Positions 19,527 to 29,608 of a stretch of 64,000 nucleotides of DNA are shown here, in pieces. Numbering within the stretch: position 1 is the first letter of the stretch; the number at the start of each line of letters is the position of its first letter. A program made the translations under genes and the position numbers. The stretch comes from Thermoplasmata archaeon (GTDB lineage Archaea; Thermoplasmatota; DTKX01; DATEUP01), in contig JBGPJF010000004.1 in assembly GCA_041485285.1 (NCBI GenBank), positions 24,468 to 88,467 of the forward strand. The letters are read 5' to 3'. Below the pieces are notes generated by a model. The model saw nothing but the letters and a program-made list of their open reading frames with translations. It made no database searches and had not been told where the DNA came from.

Positions 19527-21026
19527 TCAGGGCGGCGGCGGGCCGGTCGAGTACGTTAACGTCGTGGGGGGCGGCAAGGACGGCGCCGACCACCCGATCG
19601 CCTGCCGCATCGCCGCGTCCGGGTCCGAAAGGCCGGTCTTCACGATGTTGCGCGCGCTTTGCTCAGCGTCCGAGGCCATCCGCAGGAATAGGAACAGCGC
19701 GAGCATGGTGAGGAAATTCCCCACGGCGGGCACGACCGCGAGCCACCACATCGCGCGCAAGATCCCGGCGAGGGCCGCTTGGAGTTCCGCCTGGCTTGAC
19801 CCGTTATGGAGGTTGACCGGCCCGACGATCGCGGGCAGCGCGAACGCGACGGCGATGTTGAGCACCGGCCCGGCCATCGAGAGCACGAGGAAAAGTTTCG
19901 TGACTTTCCGGCCGCGCTCGGTCATGAGCTCCTGCGCGAACGAGAAAAGCGCGAGTCCGGCAAGCAGGGCGCAGAGCAACGCGACGAACGAAGTGATTAC
20001 GGCCGAGCTGTACATCATGGAGAGCGCGGTGTTGAAGTCCGCGAGGTCGAGGGACGCGAGCTGGGCCTCGATGCCCGAGTTGGACGCGAGGTTCAGCAGG
20101 CCGAGGAAAACGTAGGCAAGCGAACTGCCCGCGGCGAGCCCCACGCCGCGGCCGACCGCGAGCTTGTGGCGCGCTCCAAAGGTCGAGCGGCCGCTGCTTA
20201 GCTTGACCATCCCGCCGTACCCGACGAGCACCGACGCCAGCCCGATGAGGAGGGCGATGACGAACAGCGCGTCGGAGGCTGCGATCGTCCGGTCAACTGC
20301 AGTGAGTTGGGAAAGGCTCCCCGAGCGGAGCGCGGCATCCATCTGGCCGACTGCGCTGACCAGGACAAGGTTGGAGAAAAGGCTGAGGAGGTTGAAGAAG
20401 AGGACTCCGTAGCAGGCGTAGCGCAAGAAGCGCAGGCCATCGAAGGTGTCGACGCCGGGCTGCTTGGGAATGAAGGGGAAGCCGACGGCGGGGACGTACC
20501 CGTAGTTCGTCGCCGCGTAGCCGTAGGGTGCGTACGCGCCCGGCATTCCGTAGGCGGGTGCTCCGTAGGGGGCGCCGTATGCGGGGGGCGCGCCGTAGGG
20601 GGAGCCGTAGGGGGAGGCATAGGGCGAACCATAGGGGTAGGGCGGGAGGATGGCGTAGGGCATGGCTGGCGCGCCGTACGCGGGGGGCTGCGGCGGGTAG
20701 GCCGGCGCAGCGGGGGGAGGCGGCGGGGTCCAAGGGGCCGCGGGCGCATCGCGCTGGGGCTGGGGGCCGCGTGCCGGGGCCGGTGAATAGGGCGTCGCAG
20801 GCCGCGTCGGGACCCCGGGAAGGGTCGCCGGCGGCCGCGGGGGAGGCGCCGCGGCGGGAGGCGGCGCGGGGCGCGGTGCGGAGGGCGAGGGCGGCATGTG
20901 ACTCGGCACGGGCGGGCGCGGAGGCACGGCGGGGGACGCCACGACGACCCGCGCCTTCACGGTAGGCGGCGGAGGCGCAGGCTCGGGCGGGGGCGTTACC
21001 CTGGGCTTCGCAGGAGGAGGGGACAA
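19527..21026 (-). CDS. Polytopic membrane protein with a long Pro/Tyr/Gly/Ala-rich low-complexity N-terminal region
   Basis: N-terminal approx. 190 aa is P-rich with YGAPAYG-type repeats. The C-terminal approx. 300 aa has about six hydrophobic helices. No family recognised. Confidence 0.5.
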   Translation of the reverse strand: MSPPPAKPRVTPPPEPAPPPPTVKARVVVASPAVPPRPPVPSHMPPSPSAPRPAPPPAAAPPPRPPATLPGVPTRPATPYSPAPARGPQPQRDAPAAPWTPPPPPAAPAYPPQPPAYGAPAMPYAILPPYPYGSPYASPYGSPYGAPPAYGAPYGAPAYGMPGAYAPYGYAATNYGYVPAVGFPFIPKQPGVDTFDGLRFLRYACYGVLFFNLLSLFSNLVLVSAVGQMDAALRSGSLSQLTAVDRTIAASDALFVIALLIGLASVLVGYGGMVKLSSGRSTFGARHKLAVGRGVGLAAGSSLAYVFLGLLNLASNSGIEAQLASLDLADFNTALSMMYSSAVITSFVALLCALLAGLALFSFAQELMTERGRKVTKLFLVLSMAGPVLNIAVAFALPAIVGPVNLHNGSSQAELQAALAGILRAMWWLAVVPAVGNFLTMLALFLFLRMASDAEQSARNIVKTGLSDPDAAMRQAIGWSAPSLPPPTTLTYSTGPPPP

Positions 21027-21154
21027 CGGACGTCGGCCTCAGGGCGGCGGGTTCCGCCGGGTGTCGATGGAGGGAGCTTCGCTTCAATGTTTTGGGCGAA
21101 GGAGGGGACAACAGGGGGACTGCGCGACGACCCCGAAGAGCGCCTGCATGCTGG

Positions 21155-24100
21155 CTACGGGTTGGGGCGCTGCCGTCGCGACCGAACGACCACGTAGGCG
21201 ACGCCGACAACCGCAGCGATCAGAAGGACCCAAACGACCGTTCCGCCGAGCGGGGATTCGGTGGGTCCCGCGGCGTAAACGGCCTCGAGCGTGGCCGGCC
21301 CGGTCGCAACGAACGTGCGGTTGAGCGGGGCTTCGCCATCGGACCACCTAAGGAACGCGTAGGAGTTCCCGAACAAGGCGCCCGTTGACCGCGCGTCGAT
21401 GGTATGGTTGGAATTCTCCAGCCACCAAAAGGTTGCGGACCGGGGCACGAGGACCCCGTCGACCCGGATGCCGATTCCGTCGGGGGAGGTGGTGATCAGC
21501 ACCCTGTGGGCCGTCTCAAAGGTCGCCACCAGGTCGAGCGGCCCATTCACGTTGAACAGCCGGTCCTTTGAGCCGCCGTCGGACCACGAGAGGAATCTGC
21601 GCGTGGTCGAATTGCTCCCCTGTGGGTCGGGAACGTAGAGGGAATAAGTCTTGAACGCGTCCCACCACAGCTGCAACGGGCTCTCCAATTCCTCGCCATC
21701 TACGGCGATGCGCAAGTTCGACGGGTGGGTGGCGATCGTCACCTCGAATTGGCGAGTGAAGAGGGCGGAGAGGGAAACGGGGCCATCGATCGAGAGGTGC
21801 AGGTCTGCCTGCGACCCGCCGGCCCACGACTTGAAGATGAAGCGCTCGCGGCCGACGGTCGTTGACGCGTCGGCCGACAGGTCATGGGACGACCCGGCCG
21901 ACCACCAGAACGACGTGGAGCCATTCCGGGCGACCCCATCGACCCGCACCACGGCGCCCTCCGCCGAAAGGGAGAGCGTGACGAGGTGCTCGACGCGGTA
22001 GGTCGCGGAGAAAGTGACGGGGCCCCGCGCAACGACCACGTGCGATGCGGCCAAACCGTCCGACCACGACTCGAAACGGTACCGGGTCCCGGGGGGGCCA
22101 TCAGCGTCGGAGGCTTCCAGCGTGTGACTCGACCCATTCTCCCACCAATCCTCATGCTGCGCGACGGCCGTCACGCCGTCCACCATGATCGAGACGTTGG
22201 CGGGCGCCGAGAGAATCGCGGTTCGGTAGAACGTGGCAAAGCGCGCCACGAACGTGGATGGCCCTGACGCAACCGCCAAGTGCGAGGCTGAGCCGCCATC
22301 CGACCACGCTAAGAATCGGTATTCCACGTCCCCGACCGCTTGCGGGGACTGCGCCGAAAGGGTGTGGAGCCATCCGCCTCTCCACCAAGAAGTGTTGGCA
22401 CTTCCGGTCTGAACGCCGTCGACCGCGAGCGCGCGGCCGGGCGGCTCGGTTGTCACCGTGACGAGATACTCCGGGTCGAACGATGCAAGGAGCATTGTGG
22501 GGGCGAGGGCGGTAACGCTGTGGTTCTGCGTGAGGCGGTCCGACCAGCCGGCGAAGGCGTAGCGAATGCCGCCGCTCTCGGCCTGCGTGGAATCCGCGCC
22601 CACGAGGTGGGAACTCCCCGCGGCCCACCAAAGGGACAACGGGGAAGGCTGGGCGGCCCCGTCCACCGTGATGTCCAGGCAGCACGGATCCGTGTAAATC
22701 TCGACGAGGAATGCCCGCGCAAAGCTCGCCGTCAGATTCGAGGGCGCTCCGCACACCACGCCGTGTGAGGCCGCACCGCCGTCGCTCCAATTTGCCAAAG
22801 CGAATTGTGTTGACCCCACAATCTGAGGCGACAGGGCGTCGAGGAGCGCCACGGCCCCCGCAAGGCACCAGACGTGCGTCGGCGTTTGGAACACGACCCC
22901 GTCGACGGAGAGGTCGAGCCCTGGGGGATCGGTGCGGAGGGTCAGGTTGTACCTGGTCTCGTACCGCGCAGTGATGTTCTTCGAGCCATCACACAAAACC
23001 GTGTGGTTCCGCGCGCCCCCGTCCGTCCAATTGGAGAACACGTAGCGGACGCTGTCATTTCCCTGGACGGCGGGAGCGTCGACGGCGAAGGAGTCGTTCA
23101 GGGAGCACCACACGGTTTTCGATGCCGCCTGGGGGAGCGAATCGACCGAAAGGGTGAGGTTGGGGGGGTTGGAATCGATCCGGACTTGGAGGGCTGAGAA
23201 ATTGAACTTCCAAAGGAAGGCGTCGTAGGAGCCCCCGAGGCTACGGTCGACCCCCGCCCCGCGCACGGGAAGGTCGGTCGAGTTGGTCCAACCGACGGCA
23301 TGAACGATTCCGGCGCGGTCCACGGCCAGGTCGATCACTTCATCAAGGCCGTCGCCCCCCAGCAGGCTCGAATAGAGGATCCCGCCACCAGCGGTGTCGA
23401 TCCGCGCAATGAACGCCTCGTCACTCCCATTGAAGGTCGTGTCCACCGCGTCGGCCGTGAAAAGGAAGGAGTCGGTGTAGCCGCTGAATCCCGAGACGGC
23501 GAGCCGATTGTCGGGGAGGGTGGCGACCCAGTTGCGGTAGTACCCGGGGCCGGCTCCGCCGAAGAACATGCAAAACTCGGCACCGGCCCCATCGCCCGTG
23601 AGCAGTGCAACAAACGAGGCGCGCGCGGGGCCGGGCTTTGGGCCGCTGCAATTGGTGGCGCCCCCGAGGAGGTCGTCGGACGTGCTGCCGCCGGACACGA
23701 CAATCTTCCCGTCCGAACGCAGGTCCATCGAGAGCACCCCGTCGTCCCCGCTTCCACCGATGAGGGTGGAAAAGACGAGCGCAGACCCGTTGGCGGCGAC
23801 GCGCGCCACGAAGCCGTCGACCGGGGCGCCGGTCGTGTTTAGGGCTCCCACGGTGGTAGGGAAGCCGTAGCCCTGCGTGCTTCCCGCGACGTACGCGGTC
23901 CCATCGCCGCCCACGACCACGGCGTTGGCGCGGTCGTATTCCGAGCTTCCCAAATACGTCGCGTAGTCGATGGAGGCCCCGCTTGCGTTGACCTTGAGAA
24001 CAAAAGCGTCGTCCTGCCCGTTTTCGGTGTTGTCGAAGGCGTTTGGGTCAAACGGGATTTCCCCCGAGCCGGCAGCGCCCACGAGGTAGGCGCCGCCTTG

Positions 24101-25402
24101 TCGATCGATCGCGAGCGTATTGGCGCCGGGAATGAAGGCGCCGCCGAGGAACGTCGAAAAAACCAACGCGTCCCCCGCGGCGTTCAGCTTGGTAAGGAAG
24201 ACCGAGGGGGTGGCCCCGTAGGTCGTGGAGTAGGCACCGGGCGTCGTTGGGAAATCAAACGAGTTGGTCTCCCCCACAACAAACGCCTGTCCGGCGGCGT
24301 CGACGGCAATCGCGTATCCGCCCTCATCATAACGACCTCCGAGCAGGGTCACCCAATCAGGCGCGCTGGCAGTAGCGTTGAACTTAGCGACCCATGCGTC
24401 GGTCGTTCCTTGGAAGCCGGAGTCGAAGCTGCCGGGGGTGACGGGGAAGTCGCTCGAATAGGTGATCCCGGAAGCATAGGTGTTGCCGGCGGGGTCGACG
24501 GCCACGGACCAAGCCTCGTCGCGGGCGCTGCCGCCGAAGTAGGTCCCGAACACAAGGGGGTCGATCGTTAGCGGCAGGGCCCGATCCACGCCGTCGCACG
24601 CGAACGAGAGCGTGTCGAGGCCCGCCAGTTCGAACGCACAGGCTAAATTCGGCCTGCCGTTCTGGAGGGCGACAGGCGGCGAGTCGCGCAGTTCTTGCGT
24701 CCCCACCGCCACAACAAGCGCTCCCTCATCATCGATGCGCAAGGACAGGGCGCCTTCGTACGCAACGCGGACCTTGGCCGGGTCAACACCGGCTTGCAGA
24801 TGGAATTCGTACTTCAACCCCGCGAGCCCAAGCGAATAGACCAGGTCGACCCCATCGAAGATGCCCGTGAAGCGGACGTGTTCGAAGGAAGCGAGGTCCC
24901 TTTGCCATTTGGCGGGGTCGTTTCCCCGAAAAACGTTCGTCGTTGCGCCGAGCTTGCCGGCCCCCTCCGGGTCGACCATGTTGCCGCCGGGGAAACGCAC
25001 CGTGACCGCGCGGTCAGAGCCGGACTGCACAAAGACGACCGTGCCGCGTCCAAAATGGACCGTCAACGAACCGCTGCGCGCCGTAAACGCATACTTTTCT
25101 CCCTGCCATTCACCGGGCGCCTGGAGGAAGCCCGGAGCGCGGCCTGCGATGGAGGGAGGCGCGCCCCCAGCCGCAAGAGGCCGCGGAGCAATTTCGGAAG
25201 GCGGCGACGCCATGGGTGCGTGCGCCGCGTGGTCGCTCGGCCTCACGGGGGGTTCGAGGGGTTCCGGCCCTGTCCAGAGCTGGCCGCCTGCGGCGGCGAG
25301 GACCATCCCGAGGACGACACCGCTTGCAAGCGCCGTTGATGATCTCGTTGAGAAGGCGCGTTTCGTCAAGATCGTCGAATACAGCCAGCCCTCGCCCGGC
25401 AT
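21155..25402 (-). CDS. Giant cell-surface protein. N-terminal signal, then SBBP (beta-propeller) repeats, then about 10 tandem Ig-like repeats of approx. 90 aa, then a C-terminal TM anchor.
   Basis: SBBP signatures 'FGGSARDEAWSVAVDPAGNTYASGITYSSDFPVT' repeated. Repeated '...Y.F..WSDG....H.V.......A.F' modules. C-terminus 'VVWVLLIAAVVGVAYVVVRSRRQRPNP'. Confidence 0.7.
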   Translation of the reverse strand: MPGEGWLYSTILTKRAFSTRSSTALASGVVLGMVLAAAGGQLWTGPEPLEPPVRPSDHAAHAPMASPPSEIAPRPLAAGGAPPSIAGRAPGFLQAPGEWQGEKYAFTARSGSLTVHFGRGTVVFVQSGSDRAVTVRFPGGNMVDPEGAGKLGATTNVFRGNDPAKWQRDLASFEHVRFTGIFDGVDLVYSLGLAGLKYEFHLQAGVDPAKVRVAYEGALSLRIDDEGALVVAVGTQELRDSPPVALQNGRPNLACAFELAGLDTLSFACDGVDRALPLTIDPLVFGTYFGGSARDEAWSVAVDPAGNTYASGITYSSDFPVTPGSFDSGFQGTTDAWVAKFNATASAPDWVTLLGGRYDEGGYAIAVDAAGQAFVVGETNSFDFPTTPGAYSTTYGATPSVFLTKLNAAGDALVFSTFLGGAFIPGANTLAIDRQGGAYLVGAAGSGEIPFDPNAFDNTENGQDDAFVLKVNASGASIDYATYLGSSEYDRANAVVVGGDGTAYVAGSTQGYGFPTTVGALNTTGAPVDGFVARVAANGSALVFSTLIGGSGDDGVLSMDLRSDGKIVVSGGSTSDDLLGGATNCSGPKPGPARASFVALLTGDGAGAEFCMFFGGAGPGYYRNWVATLPDNRLAVSGFSGYTDSFLFTADAVDTTFNGSDEAFIARIDTAGGGILYSSLLGGDGLDEVIDLAVDRAGIVHAVGWTNSTDLPVRGAGVDRSLGGSYDAFLWKFNFSALQVRIDSNPPNLTLSVDSLPQAASKTVWCSLNDSFAVDAPAVQGNDSVRYVFSNWTDGGARNHTVLCDGSKNITARYETRYNLTLRTDPPGLDLSVDGVVFQTPTHVWCLAGAVALLDALSPQIVGSTQFALANWSDGGAASHGVVCGAPSNLTASFARAFLVEIYTDPCCLDITVDGAAQPSPLSLWWAAGSSHLVGADSTQAESGGIRYAFAGWSDRLTQNHSVTALAPTMLLASFDPEYLVTVTTEPPGRALAVDGVQTGSANTSWWRGGWLHTLSAQSPQAVGDVEYRFLAWSDGGSASHLAVASGPSTFVARFATFYRTAILSAPANVSIMVDGVTAVAQHEDWWENGSSHTLEASDADGPPGTRYRFESWSDGLAASHVVVARGPVTFSATYRVEHLVTLSLSAEGAVVRVDGVARNGSTSFWWSAGSSHDLSADASTTVGRERFIFKSWAGGSQADLHLSIDGPVSLSALFTRQFEVTIATHPSNLRIAVDGEELESPLQLWWDAFKTYSLYVPDPQGSNSTTRRFLSWSDGGSKDRLFNVNGPLDLVATFETAHRVLITTSPDGIGIRVDGVLVPRSATFWWLENSNHTIDARSTGALFGNSYAFLRWSDGEAPLNRTFVATGPATLEAVYAAGPTESPLGGTVVWVLLIAAVVGVAYVVVRSRRQRPNP

Positions 25403-25459
25403 TATCTAGATTTGCCATCAGTCAGGTAGCGAGCGCGTGAGTGGGCGAGTGCAACGCCC

Positions 25460-26113
25460 TCACAGCTTCAGGTTCTCGCCGGGATTAAGGATCGTGACCT
25501 CGCCCCTGTACCCCCGCTTCTTCGCGTGCTCTTCGAACTCGAAGGGGTCGGCCTCGATCGCGGGCCACGTGCTGTAGTGCATCGGCACGGTCATCGGCGC
25601 CTCGACGAACGCGGCGGCCCACGCCGCCTCGCGAACGCCCATCGTGTAGCGGTCGCCGATCGGCAGGAGCGCGAGGTCGGGCTTGTACAGCTGGCCGATG
25701 AGCTTCATGTCGGAGAAGAGCGCCGTGTCGCCCGCGTGGTACACGGTCTTGCCCGATTCGATCACGGCACCGCAGGCGCCGCCGCCCCCGACGGTCGAAC
25801 CCGTGGGGGGCATGTAGTCGCCCGAGTGCACGGCTTCCACGAGGCGGATGCGCGAATTCTTGACCTTCACCGACCCCCCCTTGTTCATCTGCTCCGTCTT
25901 CACGCCCTGCGCGGCGAGGTACTCCCCGATTTCGTAGATCGCGCAGACCGTCGCATTGTTTTTCTTTGCAATCTCGACGGTGTCGCCGAGGTGGTCGGCG
26001 TGACCATGCGTCACCACGATGATGTCGCAACGGATTGAGTCGGCCTTGCGCTGCGTCTTCGGGTTGCCCGTGATGAACGGGTCGATCGCGATGCGGTCCT
26101 TCCCCTCAATCAA
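25460..26113 (-). CDS. Metal-dependent hydrolase, metallo-beta-lactamase fold (UPF0173 family)
   Basis: Motifs 'IVVTHGHADH', 'HAGDTALF', 'PIGDRYTMG'. Confidence 0.8.
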   Translation of the reverse strand: MIEGKDRIAIDPFITGNPKTQRKADSIRCDIIVVTHGHADHLGDTVEIAKKNNATVCAIYEIGEYLAAQGVKTEQMNKGGSVKVKNSRIRLVEAVHSGDYMPPTGSTVGGGGACGAVIESGKTVYHAGDTALFSDMKLIGQLYKPDLALLPIGDRYTMGVREAAWAAAFVEAPMTVPMHYSTWPAIEADPFEFEEHAKKRGYRGEVTILNPGENLKL

Positions 26114-26230
26114 CCAAGCCGCGTGTCCGATCCACTCCGCCTGCAGAACGATCCCCGCGCCGGGTGCGGCGGGAGGCCGGATAACCCTTTGGTGCGCCTT
26201 CCCCCGGTCGGGATTGAGGCTCAGAGCGTG

Positions 26231-28963
26231 CTAGCGCGCAGCCCGGTGGCGCCGCCAGACGTAGAGGCCGACCCCCAGCACCGCTATTGAGACAATTCCG
26301 AGGAACGCGAGGCTCAGGCCCGTTAGTTCGTCCCGGGTTACAATGAGCGGGTCGGGCCCGCTCATGTCATACGCTACTAGGAGGCGAATGGCGGCTTCGC
26401 GGTGAAGTCCCTCGGCCTCCGCTTCGATGCGAAGGTCGTAGTGGCCCCCTGGAAGAAAATTCGCGCCCTCGATGACGAAATTGCACGACCCGCCTACTGG
26501 GAGCGCCGCCGGGGTGCACGTCCCGACGAGGCCACGCGGCGCCCCGAGAAGGCGCACGGTGAGCGGGCCTCCGGCAAAGCCGTGCAAGCCGACCGCGTCG
26601 AGGGTGACGTTTGCTTGCCCATGTTCAAAAAACTGGGCGTAGCCCTGCCGCGGCGAGAGGACAAAGTCCGGGCCCGTGACGGGGCGGTAGATGGGCACCA
26701 AGGACACCGGACCTTCCACGTCTTCGAACCGGTCGCGTGGCCCGGGGGGCGTCCACCCAACAAATGCCAACTCGCCTGCGGCGTTTGATGTAACGAGGGG
26801 CGCTTGGATGTGGTGCAGCCCGACCCCGACCCACTCGGAGTAACTGCCCCCGTAGACCGTCCCATCGATCAAGATCCCTGGGTCAAACTGCGCGGAGGTA
26901 ACCGTGAGCAGGGCTTCGAGGCGCCATGCGGGTCGGTACGCTGTCCCGGGCCCGCAGGTTACGTTGATGTCCGTGCCGAGGTCGGCCGGCCACCCGAGGA
27001 ACGTCCACCGAAGGCCCTGGGGGGCCGCCGTCGGCGGCTGCGCGTGCAGGTGGAGGGTGCTACCGGCCGTGCACGCGTGGGTGGTATCGCGAAGAGCGGG
27101 GACGCCGTCAATGGTCGCGGAAGCCCCGTCGTACAAACCCCCCATTGAGATGAAGGACGTCGGCGCTAGCGTCAATTTGGCAACCCCGATTGTCTGGGGT
27201 GCACCGGGGGCTCCATCAAACACCGGGAGCCGCTGCAAGGCCGGGCCGGCGAACACCGACGAGGCAAAGTTCCCTGCAACGGCCACGGCCCCGTCCGGCA
27301 TGAGCGCGACCGCCTCGACCGTGTCTAACCCGTCGCCACCGAGGTAGGTCGATTCGTCGAGGTGGGTGCCGTCGGCGGACACACGCATTACAAACCCGTC
27401 GAAGGGGTCCAACTCGGAATCGTAGGCGCCCGGTGAGATGGGAATGAACCCGCGCGCGGTGCCGGCGATGTAAGCGGTCCCGTTGTTATCCAGCGCGAGG
27501 CCCGAGGCCGACGATCCCTCGCCGCCGAAGGTCGCGGCAAACTCGAGGCGGTCGCCTTCGGGGGCGAGCTTTGCAAGGAACAGGCCGGCGACGAGGTCCC
27601 CACCGGCAAAGGCGCCCGCGGTCTCGGGGAACGGCGCAAGGCCCGTGACTGAAATCGCACCCGCGGCGACCGCGGCGGGGATCCTTGCGGGGCTGTTCCC
27701 CGCGACGTACGCGGCTCCCGCCGCGTCGAGGGCGATTGCGCCCGCCTCCCCGCCCGCGCCACTTCCAAGCCCGGTCGAAAAGATCGCGCGAGTGCCATCG
27801 GCCGCGAGCTTGACGATGAAGATGCCCTCTCCATCTCCGCTCTGGGAGTTCGGTCCCACCGTCCAACGGAATCCGGCGAGTGAGGAGCCCGTCGCGAATG
27901 CGTTGCCGTTTGAGTCCACGGCAACGGCGGTGGCGGTGCTCAGGGGGCGCTCGAAGGCGGGTTCTTGCCAACTGGCGTTGCCGTCGAGGTACGTGGAAAA
28001 GGCGACGGAGCCACCATCCGCCGCGACCTTCATCATGAACGCGCGCTCCCCCGCGCGCCTCTCGACATCGTAGGCTCCCGGCGTTAGGGGAAACGGCTCC
28101 GCGTTCGGGAGCCCTTCTGGGTAGGTGCGCCCCACGAGGAATGCATGACCCTGGGCGTCCACCGCCAGGTCCTCCACCTCGCAGCCCGGGATCCGCGTGC
28201 TGAAGACCAGCGATGTGCCGTTGGGCGTCAACTTCGCAAGGTAGCTTCCGCCGCCGTCGTGCGAGAACGCGTTGGCGGTCGTGGGGAAGTGCGAATCCCT
28301 CGACCACCCCCCGATGTAGATGAAACCGTCGCGGTCGACGGCCGCCGAGGGTTGCCCGTCGTACCAGGAGCCGCCAATGCGGGCGACGAAATCGTAGGAG
28401 GCGCCCGAGCCGTTGATCTTGGCCACAAAAATCTGGCCGCCGCTGGTGTTGAGCGCGCCCGCGGTGGCCGAGAACGCCTCCGACAAGGTTACGCCAACAA
28501 TGATCACCGCCCCATCGGGGGCCACAACCATGTCCATAAGGCGGTCGGGGGCGTTGCCTCCGGCAAAAGCGATGTAGTGGACGGTCGCGGCCTCGGCAGG
28601 CGCGGGGACACCGACCGCGAGCAACAGGAACACCGCGGTTGAAGCGGCGGCGCGGGCGCCTCTCGAACGTCTCTGGGTCATGACCGTCCAGCCCCGCCTC
28701 GCCCTACGATGGAGAACCTCTTGTGGGGCCACGTATTGGAATTTTCGGTATGCCCGGCTCGGCAGCGACTTCGTTTTCAATCGGGGCGCCCCCACTTTTG
28801 GCGCCCGGGGGCGTTTCGGGCGGCCTCTGCGGAGGGCCTTTTCGGGGCCCGTCCCGCAGCCACCCCCAGGGGCACCGGAAAGCGGCCGCAAAAGGGGCGG
28901 GCGGGAACACGGAATTCGAAGCGAAATTCCTCCCAAAATGGCTGGAATCTGGCCAATGATCAC
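26231..28963 (-). CDS. Cell-surface protein with SBBP beta-propeller repeats and a C-terminal TM anchor
   Basis: Signal-like 'AAASTAVFLLLAVGVPAPAEA'. Repeated 'GG...D.G..IAVD..G..Y..G.T.S..FP' units. C-terminus 'LSLAFLGIVSIAVLGVGLYVWRRHRAAR'. Confidence 0.65.
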   Translation of the reverse strand: MIIGQIPAILGGISLRIPCSRPPLLRPLSGAPGGGCGTGPEKALRRGRPKRPRAPKVGAPRLKTKSLPSRAYRKFQYVAPQEVLHRRARRGWTVMTQRRSRGARAAASTAVFLLLAVGVPAPAEAATVHYIAFAGGNAPDRLMDMVVAPDGAVIIVGVTLSEAFSATAGALNTSGGQIFVAKINGSGASYDFVARIGGSWYDGQPSAAVDRDGFIYIGGWSRDSHFPTTANAFSHDGGGSYLAKLTPNGTSLVFSTRIPGCEVEDLAVDAQGHAFLVGRTYPEGLPNAEPFPLTPGAYDVERRAGERAFMMKVAADGGSVAFSTYLDGNASWQEPAFERPLSTATAVAVDSNGNAFATGSSLAGFRWTVGPNSQSGDGEGIFIVKLAADGTRAIFSTGLGSGAGGEAGAIALDAAGAAYVAGNSPARIPAAVAAGAISVTGLAPFPETAGAFAGGDLVAGLFLAKLAPEGDRLEFAATFGGEGSSASGLALDNNGTAYIAGTARGFIPISPGAYDSELDPFDGFVMRVSADGTHLDESTYLGGDGLDTVEAVALMPDGAVAVAGNFASSVFAGPALQRLPVFDGAPGAPQTIGVAKLTLAPTSFISMGGLYDGASATIDGVPALRDTTHACTAGSTLHLHAQPPTAAPQGLRWTFLGWPADLGTDINVTCGPGTAYRPAWRLEALLTVTSAQFDPGILIDGTVYGGSYSEWVGVGLHHIQAPLVTSNAAGELAFVGWTPPGPRDRFEDVEGPVSLVPIYRPVTGPDFVLSPRQGYAQFFEHGQANVTLDAVGLHGFAGGPLTVRLLGAPRGLVGTCTPAALPVGGSCNFVIEGANFLPGGHYDLRIEAEAEGLHREAAIRLLVAYDMSGPDPLIVTRDELTGLSLAFLGIVSIAVLGVGLYVWRRHRAAR

Positions 28964-28998
28964 CTTTTTATCCAGCCCCTTTCCATCAGAAACGCGGG

Positions 28999-29499
28999 AT
29001 GCACACTATGCCGGGGATTCTCGAAGCGGAACTGCCAGGGATCGGCCGGCGGTTCACGCTGCCCCTCGAATCGGGCGGTGAACTTGCCGTCGTCGTCCAC
29101 AAGAGCGGGGACAAAGACCTCTACTTCCGCGAGCCGGGCGGCGACGACCCGATCGCCGTGGAACTCGGGGACGGCGAGGCCAAACGCCTCGCCGCGGTGC
29201 TCACGGGCGGCTTCTGGCAACCCTCCCCGATTGACATGTTCCGCGCGGCACTCGCCAAAAAAGCGGGCCTCGAAACCGTCACGGTGCTCGGCGCGTCGCC
29301 GATTGTCGGCCGGAAGATCACCGACCTCGAAATCCGCCGCCGCACGGGCTGCTCGATCGTCGCGATCCTGCGCGAGGACGGCTCGTCTTTGCCGAACCCC
29401 GCCCCCGAAACCGCGGTCGAGGCCAACGACATCCTGGTCGTCATCGCCGACGCCGAAGGCGTCGCGAAGCTTGAGGACCTCGTCCACGCGGGCGCATGA
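28999..29499 (+). CDS. TrkA-C (RCK_C) domain regulatory protein
   Basis: Two RCK_C-like segments ('LEAELPGIGRRFTLPL...', 'VLGASPIVGRKITDLEIRRRTGCSIVAILREDG'). Directly upstream of a CPA2 antiporter gene. Confidence 0.7.
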   Translation: MHTMPGILEAELPGIGRRFTLPLESGGELAVVVHKSGDKDLYFREPGGDDPIAVELGDGEAKRLAAVLTGGFWQPSPIDMFRAALAKKAGLETVTVLGASPIVGRKITDLEIRRRTGCSIVAILREDGSSLPNPAPETAVEANDILVVIADAEGVAKLEDLVHAGA

Positions 29500-29608
29500 C
29501 CCCCGGCGGCACGCCCGCCCTCGCGCGCCCTTCGCGCGCGGAGCGCGGCTTAGCCCCTTCAACCCCCAACACCAACACGAAACAATCGGCGGCCCGGAGG
29601 TGAAGTAA

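Noticed and set aside
20400-20700. Periodic 'ccgtaggg/gcgccgta' repeats, a possible CRISPR-like or satellite array
   Set aside because: They are the coding repeats for the YGAPAYG low-complexity N-terminus of the membrane protein gene 19527-21026. There are no spacer-repeat units of constant length.
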